Positions 25,699 through 39,661 of a DNA stretch of 64,000 nt are shown here, piece after piece. The notes under the pieces were generated by a model, which saw nothing but the letters and a program-made list of their open reading frames with translations, did no database searches and was not told where the DNA came from. A program made the translations under genes and the position numbers. Source of the DNA: Amphiscolops sp. MND2022. Lineage: Eukaryota. The stretch covers positions 15,006,001 through 15,070,000 of the forward strand of contig OZ076409.1 in assembly GCA_964187785.1 (NCBI GenBank). Reading direction: 5' to 3'. How positions within the stretch are numbered: position 1 is the first letter of the stretch; every line of letters starts with the position of its first letter.

Positions 25699-27412
25699 TG
25701 TCATGAGCGTTTTCAGCAGAATCGTCGTAAAGACGATTACGAGTTGGCTCACTTCTAGAACTACTCCTGATTTTCTGACCAGGATGAACCTCAGGATGTC
25801 GTTCCGGTCTCCCCTTTGGGATGTTCCACCCCTTTTGGGTTAATGATTCTGATCAGGTCTTGAGAACATTCTGTATTTGTGGCAAAACTTCACTACTTAT
25901 TGAATCATTAATAGCCCTTTGGATATGAGCACTGACATTATTCATCATCTCATCCATTTCTCTCGAAATCCTCAAGTTAAGTTCACCTGATAGCCTATTA
26001 AATTCAGCACTAGAGTCAGTACCAGCAGAGTAGTGGCCACTTTCGGCACTATTATTTGATCTATTTTCCTTAGAATTAAAGTGAAGATTTCCTTCATTGA
26101 TATTGGGGCTGTTTGACCTTCTACTAGAAACATCATGTTCATTTTCTTCCCTTTCTAAGTGACTGCCTCCCAACATGATATCTAAGTCTTCTATGTCAGA
26201 CGACATTTCTGCTCCTCTAGATTTTCTAGCTTTCTTCTCTTTTCTAGTAGTAGGCATCAAGAAGTCCTAATATTTTATTGGAAAATCAGGTGTAAGTATT
26301 TTCAAAGCGTGTGAACGTCAGTAAGTTAAACAAGATTGTCCACTTCCCAGGAGAAACAGAGGTATTTATACTCCTGAGAGAATGAAACACATTTATGCAG
26401 GCCTACTTTATCAAAACAACATTCCAAACCATTTCCGTTAAACAGGATATTACATAGTTTTAGTAGGAAAATTCCATAAAGGGCAGGTGACTAGCAACAC
26501 TGACATTTAGTAACTGCACTTGGGTATTTAGTTCAAACCACCCAGGAAATTGACCTGTTCCGGCTTGAACATATTTCAAAACAGTTAAATGCATTGGTTG
26601 TTAACATTTACAAACATCAAAGCGATAGCTAAAACCTAAACGTCGGAAATATGCAACAGCAACTCCTAGTACGTGCTTGAACGTGAGACTAGATTAGCAT
26701 CCGGTCAAACACATTGACTTACATGATCTCTTGTTAGCGCTGAATAGGCCTGAACCGGCCATTGTACATGAGATGAATAGTATTATCCAGCTTTAATCGG
26801 TCCAAGTACTGGTTTTCATAAGTAGCAGCAACAATTAAGACAAATAACATGGTCTTCATCCAATAATTTTAATCACAGTAACTGACATTCTAAGACAGTT
26901 TTATGCACTCTCCAAGAAAATACACAGCACTACTAATTAAATATTGCAGTCTACTCTATGAAAGCTACGTAGGCCGGAACCGGCCATTTAACTAGCGTCC
27001 ATGATTCTAATGGCCAAATTAAGTCAATCGGCAGTAACCGGCCAAATAATGTAGTGCTCAGAAGGTGTATGAAGAATACTGCACTGTGATTGGTTAGCTA
27101 TAGGCCAACAAGTTACGACGCCGATAACGGACGTTTTAGCACTCGAACTCGTTTCCTTTGCATCGTACAGTAATCTAATTACTTCTTGCATTTCAATTTT
27201 ACATCACACATAAATACCAAATTAGCACATTGAGCAACAGTTAACAGACTAAAATAAAACAAACGTATCAAAATATCTAAACAAAGTAGGCATTAATTTT
27301 AAGAGACAGTTTTAGTTTCAATATTAGAAAGTGGGAAGTGTCCCCAACGCAATATCTTGTCCGTTTGCAGTTGTTGTGATCGTCGTGCCGTCACAGGCGG
27401 CAGCCTGCGACA
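25699..27412 (-). mobile_element. Solo LTR, family D, with Gag-N-like ORF MPTTRKEKK...
   Basis: TGTCA...CGACA ends; TSD CGGAC on both sides; minus-strand TATA near 26365; ORF runs to the LTR end through one TGA. Confidence 0.9.
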
Positions 27413-27747
27413 CGGACCTTCTAGTGAAACTATGTTTTTCATTTTTGGGCTTCTTCAAGATTTATGTTAAGCTGACCAAGGGTCAGTCAGTTGAAACTCT
27501 CCATCACCCAAAATTCTCTAACAGGAAAGCTTGTCCCCATCACGGTAGTTTTGGAGTCTGGGCAATGTTCGGTATAGGGGTATAGAGGGTAATTTACTAA
27601 ATACACTTGAACGTTTCAGAAGTCGTTATTCGACTACGAGAGGCTCGTTTGCCATATTGACTTAGTTTTGGCGAATTTGATTAGACATGTGGCCACCGTG
27701 TGGGTTGATAGAGGTGTTGATAAAGTAAGTCATGTGATAAAAGAATA

Positions 27748-29159
27748 CCCGGGTTGACCCTCTTACTAGCATCTTGGCACCCATGGCAAGATCTTGCCAA
27801 ATTCTTACTACATCTTGGCAGCCCTGGATCCCATGGCAAGATTCTTACTAAGATCTTACCAAGATGTATCATTATTCCAAGATCGAATCTTACTAAGATT
27901 GAAAAAATTCTAAGATTTCAAAATTTCGATCAAGAGTGCTAAAAATAGCTACATTCGTATAATAATTCTTTTGCCGGGTCTTTGCGCGATTTCTCAGCCT
28001 GGACCTTGATTTCCTGTAATGATTCAAATTATCTGGAATGAAATCGAAGAAATCATTGTCGTTCTGGGATATTTTAGACCTTATTCTAGTCGTTTTAGAT
28101 CTTACAACGGTGAATTGAGAACCGATATACAAGGTTTTTCGGATGTTCTCAGGGGTTTTCTCGGCGAAATTGGCAAAATGATGGAAAATTTGGGGAATTT
28201 TAGATCTTATTACAGAGATCTGAGTCCTTATTCCACTGATCAGTGGTGCATTTAGGGGTTTTCTATATAAAACTGGAGAAAATATCGTTTTGGGGAAATT
28301 TTGGTCTCATTCCATGTATATTCCCAGCAATATACATGGAATAAGATCTAAAATTCCCCAAAACGACCTTCGATGGATTCGGTTCTCAATTCAGTGGTTT
28401 TAGATCTTAATCCTGTGATTTTAGTCCTTATTTCAGTGACTTTAGACCTTTTCCCTGTGAAATGAAAACCGACGTACAAGGTTTTTCAGGGGTTTTCATG
28501 AGGAATTTTAGACGTTATTCCAGTGGCATGTTGGAGGGGGGGGGGTGAATCCCATTCCTAATTTTAGATCTTTAAATTCTATTTTCCAGAGGTTTTAGTC
28601 CTTATTCCAGTGGCTTTAGATCAGATCTCATTGCAGTGAAATGAAAACCGACCAAAAAAGTTTTTTTTTCAAGGGATTTCAGTATAAAATTGAGAAAATA
28701 TCGTCGTTTTGGGGATTTTTAGATCTTATTCCTTGTATATTCCTATGGCTTCGGTTCTCAATTCAGTGGTTTTAGATCTTATTCCTGTGATTTAAAGATA
28801 AACTCAGTGAGTTTTAGATGTTAGATTTTATTTTGGTGATATTAAAATATATATTTCAGCTGTTTCTAATGGTTGCAAAGAGTATTGTATTTTATAGTTT
28901 GCGAGGTTTGGTTTTTCAATAGCTTTTATTTTAAAGTTTTTCTAATGCTGCTTTTTTCTCGATGTGAAGCAGTTCGTAGCAAATTTTTCTTGGCATCTTG
29001 GGCTTCTTACTAAGATTTATCTTAGTTACATGTGAGTCTTGGTAAGATCTTACCATGGCAAAATGAAGACCATGGCAAGATCTTGACAAGATCTTAGCCA
29101 AGATTGTTCCAAGATCTTGCCAAGATCTTACTAAAATATCCATGGAGGGTCAACCCGGG
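27748..29159. mobile_element. Non-autonomous DNA transposon with subterminal repeats (possibly CACTA/EnSpm-like)
   Basis: Perfect 15-bp TIR CCCGGGTTGACCCTC; TA on both sides; AAGATCTT subterminal repeats; absent from unit 1. Confidence 0.8.
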
Positions 29160-30308
29160 TAGAACCTCAATTCGGCAGAAAAATTTGAACCGCCACATGA
29201 TTTTGTCTACTTTGCAAAACTTCCCAACTTTTGCAAATACGATTAAAAACAGTTGAGTTGTCGGGACCACCAGTGTGAGGCAAGTAAGTTTGCCAATAAT
29301 AAGTTTTCGATGTAATAACTTGGTAATCGAGTTCCAAAGCCTAGGATGAACGCGTTTAACAACCGGAAATAGACAATTTCTGAAGAGGTGCGAAATATCC
29401 GATTTTGAAATAGGGACAAAATTGCCAACTGGCAACAATAAAAATAGCCGCCGATTTGCAGAACCGAAATACAGTAGTGATATTTCTAAAAGCAACAAAA
29501 GGCAAATATCAAAATCGAATATCTCAAAAACAGCAGCGATTTTTGAAAAATGATAAAATTGAAAGTTTCTTAGATTTTTATTTTTTCCCAATGTTTATTT
29601 GAAGGTTATGCGATGAAAATTGTAGAAGTTACGATAGGCCATTTTTAACCAAATTCAGGTCAAAAATGAGGTTTTTCCCACTTTTAGTCAACTTTTGGTT
29701 GAAATTTTAGACAAGTTTTATGTGCAATCGACCCTGATTTAACTGAAGCCCTTGATATGTTTTGATTTGAAAATCATCCTTAAATGGTAAAAAAAAATAC
29801 GCTGTAAAATTAGACTTTTTTAAAAATACATGTTTCAAGATATGACTTTGAACTTTATCAACTTAAAACAAGCTCATACTAATACAATTTAGAATATTTT
29901 ACAGAAAAAATTATATTGTCAGATTCGAAATGTTTGGGAGTTTTGTCAAAATTATTTTGAAAGCAAAAGATTGTAAGTCGGTCAAAAATTCGAAAAACTG
30001 AAAAAATGATGCTTTGGAAATCACTCTCGGCCAATGAAATGATGAAACTTTCTTTTGAAACGACAACAAATACTAGTATAACGAATCGTAAAAAAAAACA
30101 AAATCGTAACAAAAAACAAATCGGAAACAGAATTCCGCGTCTTGGTGTAATTAGTGTCTTGAGTCAATGCTTTCGCTTTTATTTGTATCGCCAACCGCAG
30201 AAGCGGCATTATAATTACGTACGTGAAGTCAATTTTCACTGTTAAACTACGTGTGTGAGAAGTATTTTTGCATTGTTTCCGAACAAATCACAGTGAACTG
30301 TTGAACAA

Positions 30309-30828
30309 GACGCCCGCTAAGCACCGGGATACTTTCCGCCCTTTTCGCCTTCACCAATTGAGCCATAGCTATTTTGTGAGGGGGGAATAGGATCGAAAGA
30401 ACACGATCTGAAATTTAGTGATTTTAGATCTTATTCCCTTTAGATCTTATTCCCGTTATGAAATTTTAGATCTTATTCCCTTTAGATCTTATTTCCTTCA
30501 TTGACTTGGATGGAGATAGTCAAGTGAATGGAGTGGATGAAAATAGTCAAGTGGATGGAGATAGTCAAGTGGATGGAAAAAGTCAAGTGGATGGAGATAG
30601 TCAAGTGGATGGAAATAGTCAAGTGGATGGAGATAGTCAAGTGGATGGAGTGGATGGAAATAGTCAAGTGGATGGAGATAGTCAAGTGGATGGAAATAGT
30701 CAAGTGGATGGAGATAGTCAAGTGGATGGAGTGGATGGAGATAGTCAAGTAGAGTTTTGGCAGAATTTAGAAAAAAAGATCACAGATCATGATTTTCCTC
30801 TCCCATTAAAAATTGTGGGTCGGAAAAT
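30309..30828 (-). mobile_element. HINE/DINE-1-like element with internal 18-bp minisatellite
   Basis: Ends match 18148-18381 inverted; (GATGGAGATAGTCAAGTG)n at ~30509-30750; absent from unit 1; apparent AACAA duplication. Confidence 0.7.
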
Positions 30829-30970
30829 AACAATTAAAGAGCCAACTCAGCTTGTTAACCTATCACGCAATAATTTGAGGTCAAGCTGAACAAATCATTA
30901 GCTGTACTAAACGACTGCATGTTGAATCTCATCGAATCAAGCTTCATTCAGATGCAACTAGCATCTCACC

Positions 30971-33931
30971 CAGGGGTGCTGAAAAATTGATTGTACTTCC
31001 TATTAACTGCAATTAATTGCATACAATTATTTGATTGGGAATTTGAAACCAATTAGTGAATTGATTTTTGGGGCAAGCAATTAATTGTTTCAAAAACATG
31101 TAGAAGGTATCAATCGAACCGCCTTTATTACATGTGACCTTAACCTACACGTCAAGTGAACGTGACCAAACTGGTGGTCTATAGCTCAATTTTACCGCCC
31201 AATCAACACACACGTGTGCGTCGTGCAGAATGTACGAATCACCGACTGCAAACATACAAATCGTGGCTAGGCGACCGGAATTTTTGCGCGCTTTAGGGTA
31301 TTGATAATTTCGCAATGAGGTCTTCCCATGCTGAGTTTCCTTGAGAACCTGTACAGATCTGTGAGAGAATTTTGCTTGAAGATCTGTAAAGATCGTGCCA
31401 CTGCTACGTAAGGACAACTGCAAGGATCTTTACAGATTTTCGAAGATTTTCAGGAAATTTTTTCCGGACTGTCATGAGCGTTTTCAGCAGAATCGTCGTA
31501 AAGACGATTACGAGTTGGCTCACTTCTAGAACTACTCCTGATTTTCTGACCAGGATGAACCTCAGGATGTCGTTCCGGTCTCCCCTTTGGGATGTTCCAC
31601 CCCTTTTGGGTTAATGATTCTGATCAGGTCTTGAGAACATTCTGTATTTGTGGCAAAACTTCACTACTTATTGAATCATTAATAGCCCTTTGGACATGAG
31701 CACTGACATTATTCATCATCTCATCCATTTCTCTCGAAATCCTCAAGTTAAGTTCACCTGATAGCCTATTAAATTCAGCACTAGCGTCAGTACCAGCAGA
31801 GTAGTGGCCACATTCGGCACTATTATTTGATCTATTTTCCCTAGAATTAGGGTGAAGATTTCCTTCATTGATATTGGGGCTGTTTGACCTTCTACTAGAA
31901 ACATCATGTTCATTTTCTTCCCTTTCTAAGTGACTGCCTCCCAACATGATATCTAAGTCTTCTATGTCAGACGACATTTCTGCTCCTCTAGATTTTCTAG
32001 CTTTCTTCTCTTTTCTAGTAGTAGGCATCAAGAAGTCCTGATTGTAATATTTTTTTGGAAAATCAGGTGTAAGTATTTTCAAAGCGTGTGAACGTCAGTA
32101 AGTTAAACAAGATTGTCCACTTCCCAGGAGAAACAGAGGTATTTATACTCCTGAGAGAATGACACACATTTCTGCAGGCCTACTTTATCAAAACAACATT
32201 CCAAACCATTTCCGTTAAACAGGATATTACATAGATTTAGTAGGAAAATTCCATAAAGGGCAGGTGACTAGCAACACTGACATTTAGTAACTGCACTTGG
32301 GTATTTAGTTCAAACCACCCAGGAATTTGACCTGTTCCGGCTTGAACATATTTCAAAACAGTTAAATGCATTGGTTGTAAACATTTACAAACATCAAAGC
32401 GATAGCTAAAACCTAAACGTCGGAAATATGCAACAGCAACTCCTAATACGTGCTTGAACGTGAGACTAGATTAGCATCCGGTCAAACAAATTGACTTACA
32501 TGATCTCTTGTTAGCGCTGAATAAGCCTGAACCGGCCATTTTACATCAGATGAATAGTATTATCCAGCTTTAATCGGTCCAAGTATTGGTTTTCATAAGT
32601 AGCAGCAACAATTAAGACAAATAACATGGTCTTCATCCAATAATTTTAATCACAGTACCTGACATTCTAAGACAGTTTTAAGCACTCTCCAAGAAAATAC
32701 ACAGCACTACTAATTAAATAATGCAGTCTACTCTATGAACGCTACGTAGGCCGAAACCGGCCATTTAACTAGCGTCCATGATTCTCATGTCCAAATTAAG
32801 TCAATCGGCAGTAACCGGTCAAATAATGTAGTGCTCAGAAGGTATATGAATAATACTGCACTGTGATTGGTTAGCTATAGGCCAACAAGTTACGACGCCG
32901 ATAACGGACGTTTTCGCACTCGAACTCGTTTCCTTTGCATCGTACAGCGACACGGACCTTCTAGTGAAACTATGTTTTTCATTTTTGGGCTTCTTCAAGA
33001 TTTATGTTAAGCTGACCAAGGGTCAGTCAGTTGAAACTCTCCATCACCCAAAATTCTCTAACAGGAAAGCTTGTCCCCATCACGGTAGTTTTGGAGTCTG
33101 GGCAATGTTCGGTATAGGGGTATAGAGGGTAATTTACTAAATACACTTGAACGTTTCAGAAGTCGTTATTCGACTACGAGAGGCTCGTTTGCCATATTGA
33201 CTTAGTTTTGGCGAATTTGATTAGACATGTGGCCACCGTGTGGGTTGATAGAGGTGTTGATAAAGTGCTGTGGTTGTAATATTTCGGACACATGGTTTGC
33301 TGGAGTAGTTTTAGTAATTGCTGGAAACTTGGAATACTTTGTAGTAATTTATTGGTCATTTTCGTATGGTTAAAGTTTGACAAATCCTGGAATATGTCAG
33401 GATCTGTACAGATTCGCACAGAAACTTTTTTGAAAGTTCATTTAAGAGGCGTGTTTATCTTCTAAAGCACTTTTTATTCAACTAATTTCAATTTCAAAAG
33501 TTTTTATGACTAGTTAATTTTCGACAAATTATGGAATATCTGTCAGGATCTGTTTAGATTCGCAGGGAGTGCTCAACATGTGGTTCCTGTTAGCTAAGTA
33601 TAGCATATAATATACCGTTGAAAAGCTCTTTTCAAGCACATTACGACTAAAGTACTCCAGTGAAAATTCGAGTACTTAGCAGGCTTTATTTTCAGTGATT
33701 ACACGAAACGGCTGACACCAGCAAATCTTGGGATGCAACTTTTTCTGAAACTGAATACAAAATTCAGGGGCGAAGAACTTGTGAGCGAAGTGTGCGTTAG
33801 TGGTAAACATTAGTGCAATTAATTGCAATTGTTGCAATTAATTGATTGCTTCTGATAAGAAATTGCAATTAATTAATTGTTTCCTGAATAATTGATTTTT
33901 TTGCCCATCAATTAATTTTTGAGCACTCCTG
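30971..33931. mobile_element. Non-autonomous hAT-type element carrying solo LTR D (left part duplicated at 25195-27726)
   Basis: TIR CAGGGGTGCTGAAAAA / TTTTTGAGCACTCCTG; 8-bp TSD ATCTCACC / ATCTCATC; GCAATTAATTGC subterminal motifs. Confidence 0.82.
31470..32952 (-). mobile_element. Duplicated copy of solo LTR D with ~240-bp deletion
   Basis: Same TSD CGGAC and flanks as 25699-27412. Confidence 0.9.
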
Positions 33932-36803
33932 ATCTCATCCAACCGTTTTGAAGGGACATTTTATTCGCCACAGGCTCCCACCTTCTAATTCTCGTCCTAC
34001 GTTACAAGGCAATCAAGACAATATATCTTGGATTAAACTGTGTTACGGACATCAGCATTGTGCTAACAACTGAGACATCAAATTCTTTAAAACTGACTGG
34101 CCGTGAATTACGTCCATGGTTTGACGGACGGTAACCCGAGAACGACATTTGCTTTACAACAAGCCGGGAACAGCCCAAGTCGGCGCCATATTTAAGGCTC
34201 AAAAATAGCAAAAGGACTTCAAGGTGTTAAGTACTCTCTTCTACAGTACCCGAATGAAAAAATCCATTTTTTGAAGTTCCTGGTAAGTCGCATAGTGCCG
34301 AAAAATGTAAAAGGGAGCCCTTTGGGATTGTTCGAGCATTCATTCTGTTGCAAAATAGAAAAATATTGAAGGGGAGACCCTTTGGAGGCATTTCAAAAAT
34401 GTGCGGAAAAAAGTCCCATAAAGCCGAAGTATGCAAGAAATATTTCGTCAAGGGCGAGACTCGAACCCACGTCCTTCAGCTTGGCAGACCCCCCCAAAAA
34501 AATCAGAATTAACCTCTATGCCAAGTGCCAGTAGTAGTGTGGCAGTTATCGTTAGTGGAAGCCAGCTTTAAAGCTTATGAAATCTGTCACTTCGTTGGTC
34601 TGAAAAAATACCAAAGTCACTGCTATAGTCTGAGTCTTCTACGAAAAGCGCCGACTAAATATTTGGACATGTTCTGAATGAAGGAGAGTAACTACAACTT
34701 ATTTACAACCATTTTTCCAACGTATTTTGTGATGAAAAATACGCGAATATTGGAGCGATTAGTTTTTTTCTCTAGAGCACAGTATGTACCTTGATGGTTT
34801 ACTTCCACAGAATTTTATCATCACATCTGAAAAGACCCAGATGATGGAAAGTGTCTACCCTTCAATTTGTTTCTACCCAACATTTTGATGGAACATCGAT
34901 TCCACTAGGACAATCATATGTAATAGCAAAAATTCGAATACTGAAGAAACATTTGGTTCTCCAGTTCATTTGGGGATCCATTAGACAATGATAACATCTG
35001 TCTCATTAGCTGAAGTATTATTTCTGCTTTAGGCTCTATGTTCAATAATAGAAAAATATCTGGAACAACTATACACTCCTGTTTAATCAATATATAGCGC
35101 ACAATTATTCACCGTACCAGTTTAAAGCTCCTTTAATTCTTATCGGACAAAGGAAAATACAACTACTAAGCGTATACGAAATTTCGAATCTGAATGAATT
35201 CGGCGTATGAAAAACTCAAAGGGTGTACCCTTTTAGCCTTCTTGGGTACTATTTAGAACTTAGGCGTAAGAAGTCTGTAAAAACGGATAATTCTGTATGA
35301 AGGCTGTGGTCTTACAAAAATTTTACTGCTAGAGAGTAGGGAACTTTTTGCTACAAAAAGCGCCTACTAAAAATGGAGGCTACAACTTACGTAAAAAATA
35401 ACCCTCTTTGAAGCTCAACAGCAATTCTGCAACTGTAAAATTTTCAAATGTTAAGTACATCATTACAAGTTTTCGGGGTAAAGTATCATTTCATAGAATT
35501 TCGGAGGCGTAAATATTCTGGATCGACTCACCAAAAGATTCATGATTTTGAAACGAAAATGCAAACCAACCAAATTTCATTGAAAATATCCAAACCTCAA
35601 ACTACAAGCTGTTACTCGAAGTAAGGACGAAAAGTACAGTTGAAAAGGTAATGATACTAGTAGGGTGAATTAACTTGCCAACGCACGATCGCCTATTGCA
35701 AACAAAATTCAGCTCGCCTACTATTGAAAGAAGAGCCGCATGTGCGGTAAAGTAGTCGAAAACGAATTCAAATATTGAAAAACAAAGTACCTACTTTTTA
35801 TTGTAATTTGGTCATTTTTGGGCTAATTTTGGCCATGCTTCTCAGATCCCAATCATATGACTTTGATGTATTTGCGCACGCAGGAGCACCTTTGGGTGTA
35901 TAATGACTGCTAAATTTTATGAAAATCATATGGACAGTTTTCAAAAATAAGCTCCTGCGGGGCACAATATTTCTGCTTTCAGGCTTTCATGTTCAATAAT
36001 AGAAGCATATCTTAATCATTTATACAGCGCACAGTTCAGCGCTCAGTACAGCGCTCAATCTACCAGTTTACACCGCATTCAATTCTTGTCGGACCAAAGA
36101 AAATATAACTACTAAGCATAGACGAAGTTTCGCATTCGCATTTGAATGCAGGCGAAGCTCTCGGCGAACAATAATTAACACTCGTTCGCTTTATCTCAAT
36201 GAATTCGAATGCATAATTACCACTCACTTGTTCCATCGCACGAGAAACTAATTGTTGTCGGCAGCTTGCGAAATTTAAATCTCACGCTTACCACTCACTG
36301 CCGAACAAATTGTCTAAATTTTTCAGTAGGTACTTGAAATCACGACGAAAATTGAACTGAGAAAAGTGGAATTGTTGAAATTTTAATATTATTCCTCCTA
36401 CCGCAAAAATAAGTTTGAATTTTCATTGAAAGGTCGGGAGAAAAAAGGTACAATTGCATTAGTCAAATGCATTGGGAGTCTTTTCTGGCATCGATTTATT
36501 CTTTTGGTGTTTTTAATTTGATGATATTGATTGTAATGTTGCCAGATAAATTAATTTATTATTATTAGTCAAAATTTTTCCCGACTTCTGAAACGAAAAA
36601 ACTATTTTCGTGGTCAACCATGGTGAACGTCGTTTCCTAGCATAAAAGATCAAAAACTCAAATAAGAAAAAAATCGGAAAAATTAACTGGTGGAAAATAT
36701 TTCAGCAGCGTCAAGTTGAATTTTTCATTGCATTCTAATAACTAAGACTGAATTTCATTGACGAACGCAGTAGATCATTTCACTTGTTCCAAACACGAAT
36801 TGG

Positions 36804-37112
36804 ATGACTCATGCTATAATGACTGCTCAACTCATAAAACTTTGCATATTTTTCAATTTGCTTCTCGCTCAGGACTTGGAGTCGCCGTCAATCAAATCCA
36901 AGTCATCTCACGGCCATGGATATGACATCACGGACGTTGAAATTGAAGACTTGGTGAAAACCAAAGCGATTATGGAGCCTGGTATTGATATTATAATGGA
37001 GCCAGTTTCTACGACGAAGCAGTATTATAAACGAGTTATAACTTACGATAAAATCAAACTTCCTTCATCGTCAATGTCGGAAAGTTTTGTTTCCAAGGCG
37101 CCTGGAAGTTGA
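36804..37112 (+). CDS. Possible small secreted-protein ORF or gene fragment
   Basis: Signal-peptide-like LIKLCIFFNLLLA; non-repetitive context; no family recognised. Confidence 0.3.
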   Translation: MTHAIMTAQLIKLCIFFNLLLAQDLESPSIKSKSSHGHGYDITDVEIEDLVKTKAIMEPGIDIIMEPVSTTKQYYKRVITYDKIKLPSSSMSESFVSKAPGS

Positions 37113-37950
37113 TAACTTGAGGGCTTTAGAAGGTTTGTCCTAGAAATAAATATTCTGTTTCATTCTGTCACGAGTGTTCAATGACTTTCATGTTTCTCGT
37201 CTCAATGCTAGACTACATTGGAAACTACTTAAAACGACTGGGAAAAGTTGCCAAAAATGGATTCCTTTAGACTGTTTGAAAACCAAAACATTTCGACTTG
37301 CGGTATGCAAACTTCAAACGTCTCGCCATTACTGGGTCGTGCCTCTTCAAAATCTTGCACGGGTACTTCAGCCAAGTGGACCGACCATTACTGCAGCTAG
37401 AAACAAAATTTAGTTTCAGTGTTCACAAAAGTTCATGAGGATCCAAAAACTGGGACAATTCGACAGGATACTCGAATTGACAAATATGGCAAACTGAATT
37501 CAAGTTTTTTCAACGTCGATTATTTTCGATTCAAGCATGAATTCCATGACAACCACACTGCAACGATATATTTGTATTGGTAAACTTAGATCTAGTAAAG
37601 AGGCATTTTAACATGAAACAAAAAATAGGGAGATACATCATACAAGAGGCATTTCAAAATCTACGAACTGCTTCTTGAACTTGTAAAATGCTGAATTTAT
37701 GCTAAAAACCTATGCGATTTGAAATTTAAATACCAAGTTTGGGCGGTTCCAATCAGCACTACATTGGCATTTGCTAACAGTAAACATTCTTACCTGAGCA
37801 GATAAAAGGGTAAACAATCTCGAAGATTTGTTCATAAATCGCTCATTCAATCCAAAGTTAGGGAACAATAATTTATTAGAAAATTGATATATTTTCATTC
37901 AATGAACTAAATTGCACATCCAAACCAAAAGCATATATTTCTATTCATTT

Positions 37951-39661
37951 TCACAACATGTCCTCAAATAATTCAAGATCATCACATAAAGGTTCTAAGT
38001 TATCCGGTATGTCAAACTGATCAATATCGAAATTGAAAGTATCAACAAATTCGGATAATGATGGTAAAGATACTTGAGGTTCATACTTGAAAGAATGCTC
38101 ATTAATGCTGGTTTGATTATGTTCATGATGTTCTTCAGAAAATAATTGCGAATCAGAAAGACGAGGATGAAGATCAGTCACTCCAGATGATGTTATTAAG
38201 GGGGTTTGTGATATAAGTTTTTGGGCCGCATTTGGGAATAGTACGATTGATCCCGAAGAGGCATCATTTTGAGCTTCATCGGAACAAATCGTTTTCGTTT
38301 CTGCGTTGTTTTGAGAACATGAGCCAACAATGTCGTAGATTCTCCCGACATACTCGGAAATTTGGTGGATAGAAGTAGCATCGTGAGCATTGTAACTAGA
38401 GCCTAAAAGCATTATGATCTTGCATATCAATTGATTCTCTGGCTGGAAAATGAATTTCAAAGTTTATTTATCATGCATGTGAACTTATTCGCAGACAGCA
38501 AAAACATTGAGCCAGAGCTGCTGCGTTCTATTCGACTTCAAAATCACCAAGGCCAAATTATTAGTTTCGTATTCATTGCTCAGGAACTTAGTTTATAATG
38601 ACTTGTCTCCATAACTTGACGGGTGCCGACTATATTTTTCGGAGCTCTGTGACTAAAAATTCAATCGCTGAGTAACTCGAAGCTATGGAAATTTGGCAAT
38701 TCTTCACTCGGCATTATGAAATTTCTTGAAGCTAATTGAAAATTTCTTAACGCTATTTCTAAATTTTGGTTACAGCTGACTAAATTCCAGAGCTACAGAC
38801 AAAAATTATTCAATTTGGCATCTAAAAATGAGAAAACTGGAAATAAAAAATATGGGACACCAAAGGGAAAATACTATGACCAGCAGATGTGTGCAATTAA
38901 GACTGTATTGAATCATTTCAGTTATGTTGGAAACTATTGAGCTTCTGGAAAATAACTGCCATCAGAAGTTAATGTTTGGCCCTAAGTTAAATTCTAAACA
39001 ACTCACTCGAAGGAGGTGGCTCTGCTGCAGAGAAGCCTCAAGTGCTGCGGACTTTTTACCTCCAACATCAACTCCAGATCCAAGGTCATCGACACTATCT
39101 ATGGGCACCAAACAGTCCTGCTCCTGAACGAGGTTGTGGCACGACCCGTCTTCAATTTTGATATCATTCGCCAGCATTGTGTTTTGACTTGTTAGAACAA
39201 TTTGCTGGTTTTGGATTTGTAGAAGCAAATCTTTCAATTGCTGGTTTTCCCTCTGAAGACTTTCATTATCACTTTTGCTTCATGCATTCTCCCTCCACAA
39301 ACTGTTTTGCCTGTTGTAAAGTGACCTTGTCAGCCTCCAACACTTTTACTTTGTGTTCCAGTGACTCAACATAACATTTTTTGCGATCTCTTGCTGTCTG
39401 TGCAGCTTCTCTGTTTTTCATTTTCCTCCGCAGATTTTTCTCGTTGTCGGTGAGGTGAACCAACCGTGCCCTCTTCTTCGGATTAAGTGATGACATTTCA
39501 TCATCCGATTCTCCTCTTTCGGTGTAGTCATGACAATCCGGAAGAAACAGTTTATTACCTTTAGGAATATGATTTGGATAATTGATTTGCGCTGGCTGAA
39601 CGGGTCTACCGTTCAATATTTTTCCATCAGAAGATATAATAACGATTTTCCTAGGCTCCAT
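37951..39661 (-). CDS. XBP1: X-box binding protein 1 (bZIP UPR factor); exon 39661-39007, intron 39006-38403, exon 38402-37951; one frameshift near 39275
   Basis: KKRARLVHLTDNEKNLRRKMKNREAAQTARDRKK basic region; IRE1 double stem-loop; GTGAGT donor and TTTTAG acceptor; acidic C-terminus ending ELFEDML. Confidence 0.92.
39028..39047 (-). other. IRE1 unconventional intron (20 nt)
   Basis: AAGT-CCG|CAGC-ACTT and TCT-CTG|CAGC-AGA hairpins with 7-nt CNGCAGC loops. Confidence 0.9.

Larger units (their letters stand above)
23052..33266 (+). repeat. Tandem segmental duplication (unit 1 ~23052-27723, unit 2 ~27724-33266)
   Basis: Colinear similarity including the same solo LTR with the same TSD and flanks; unit-specific insertions. 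Confidence 0.9.

Noticed and set aside
30482..30889. Repetitive ORFs (TISIHL)n, (DGDSQV)n, (MEIVKW)n
   Set aside because: Translations of an 18-bp minisatellite inside a mobile element
38439..38444. Alternative XBP1 acceptors in TTCCAGCCAG
   Set aside because: Each closes one of the two frames early; the acceptor at 38403 keeps both open
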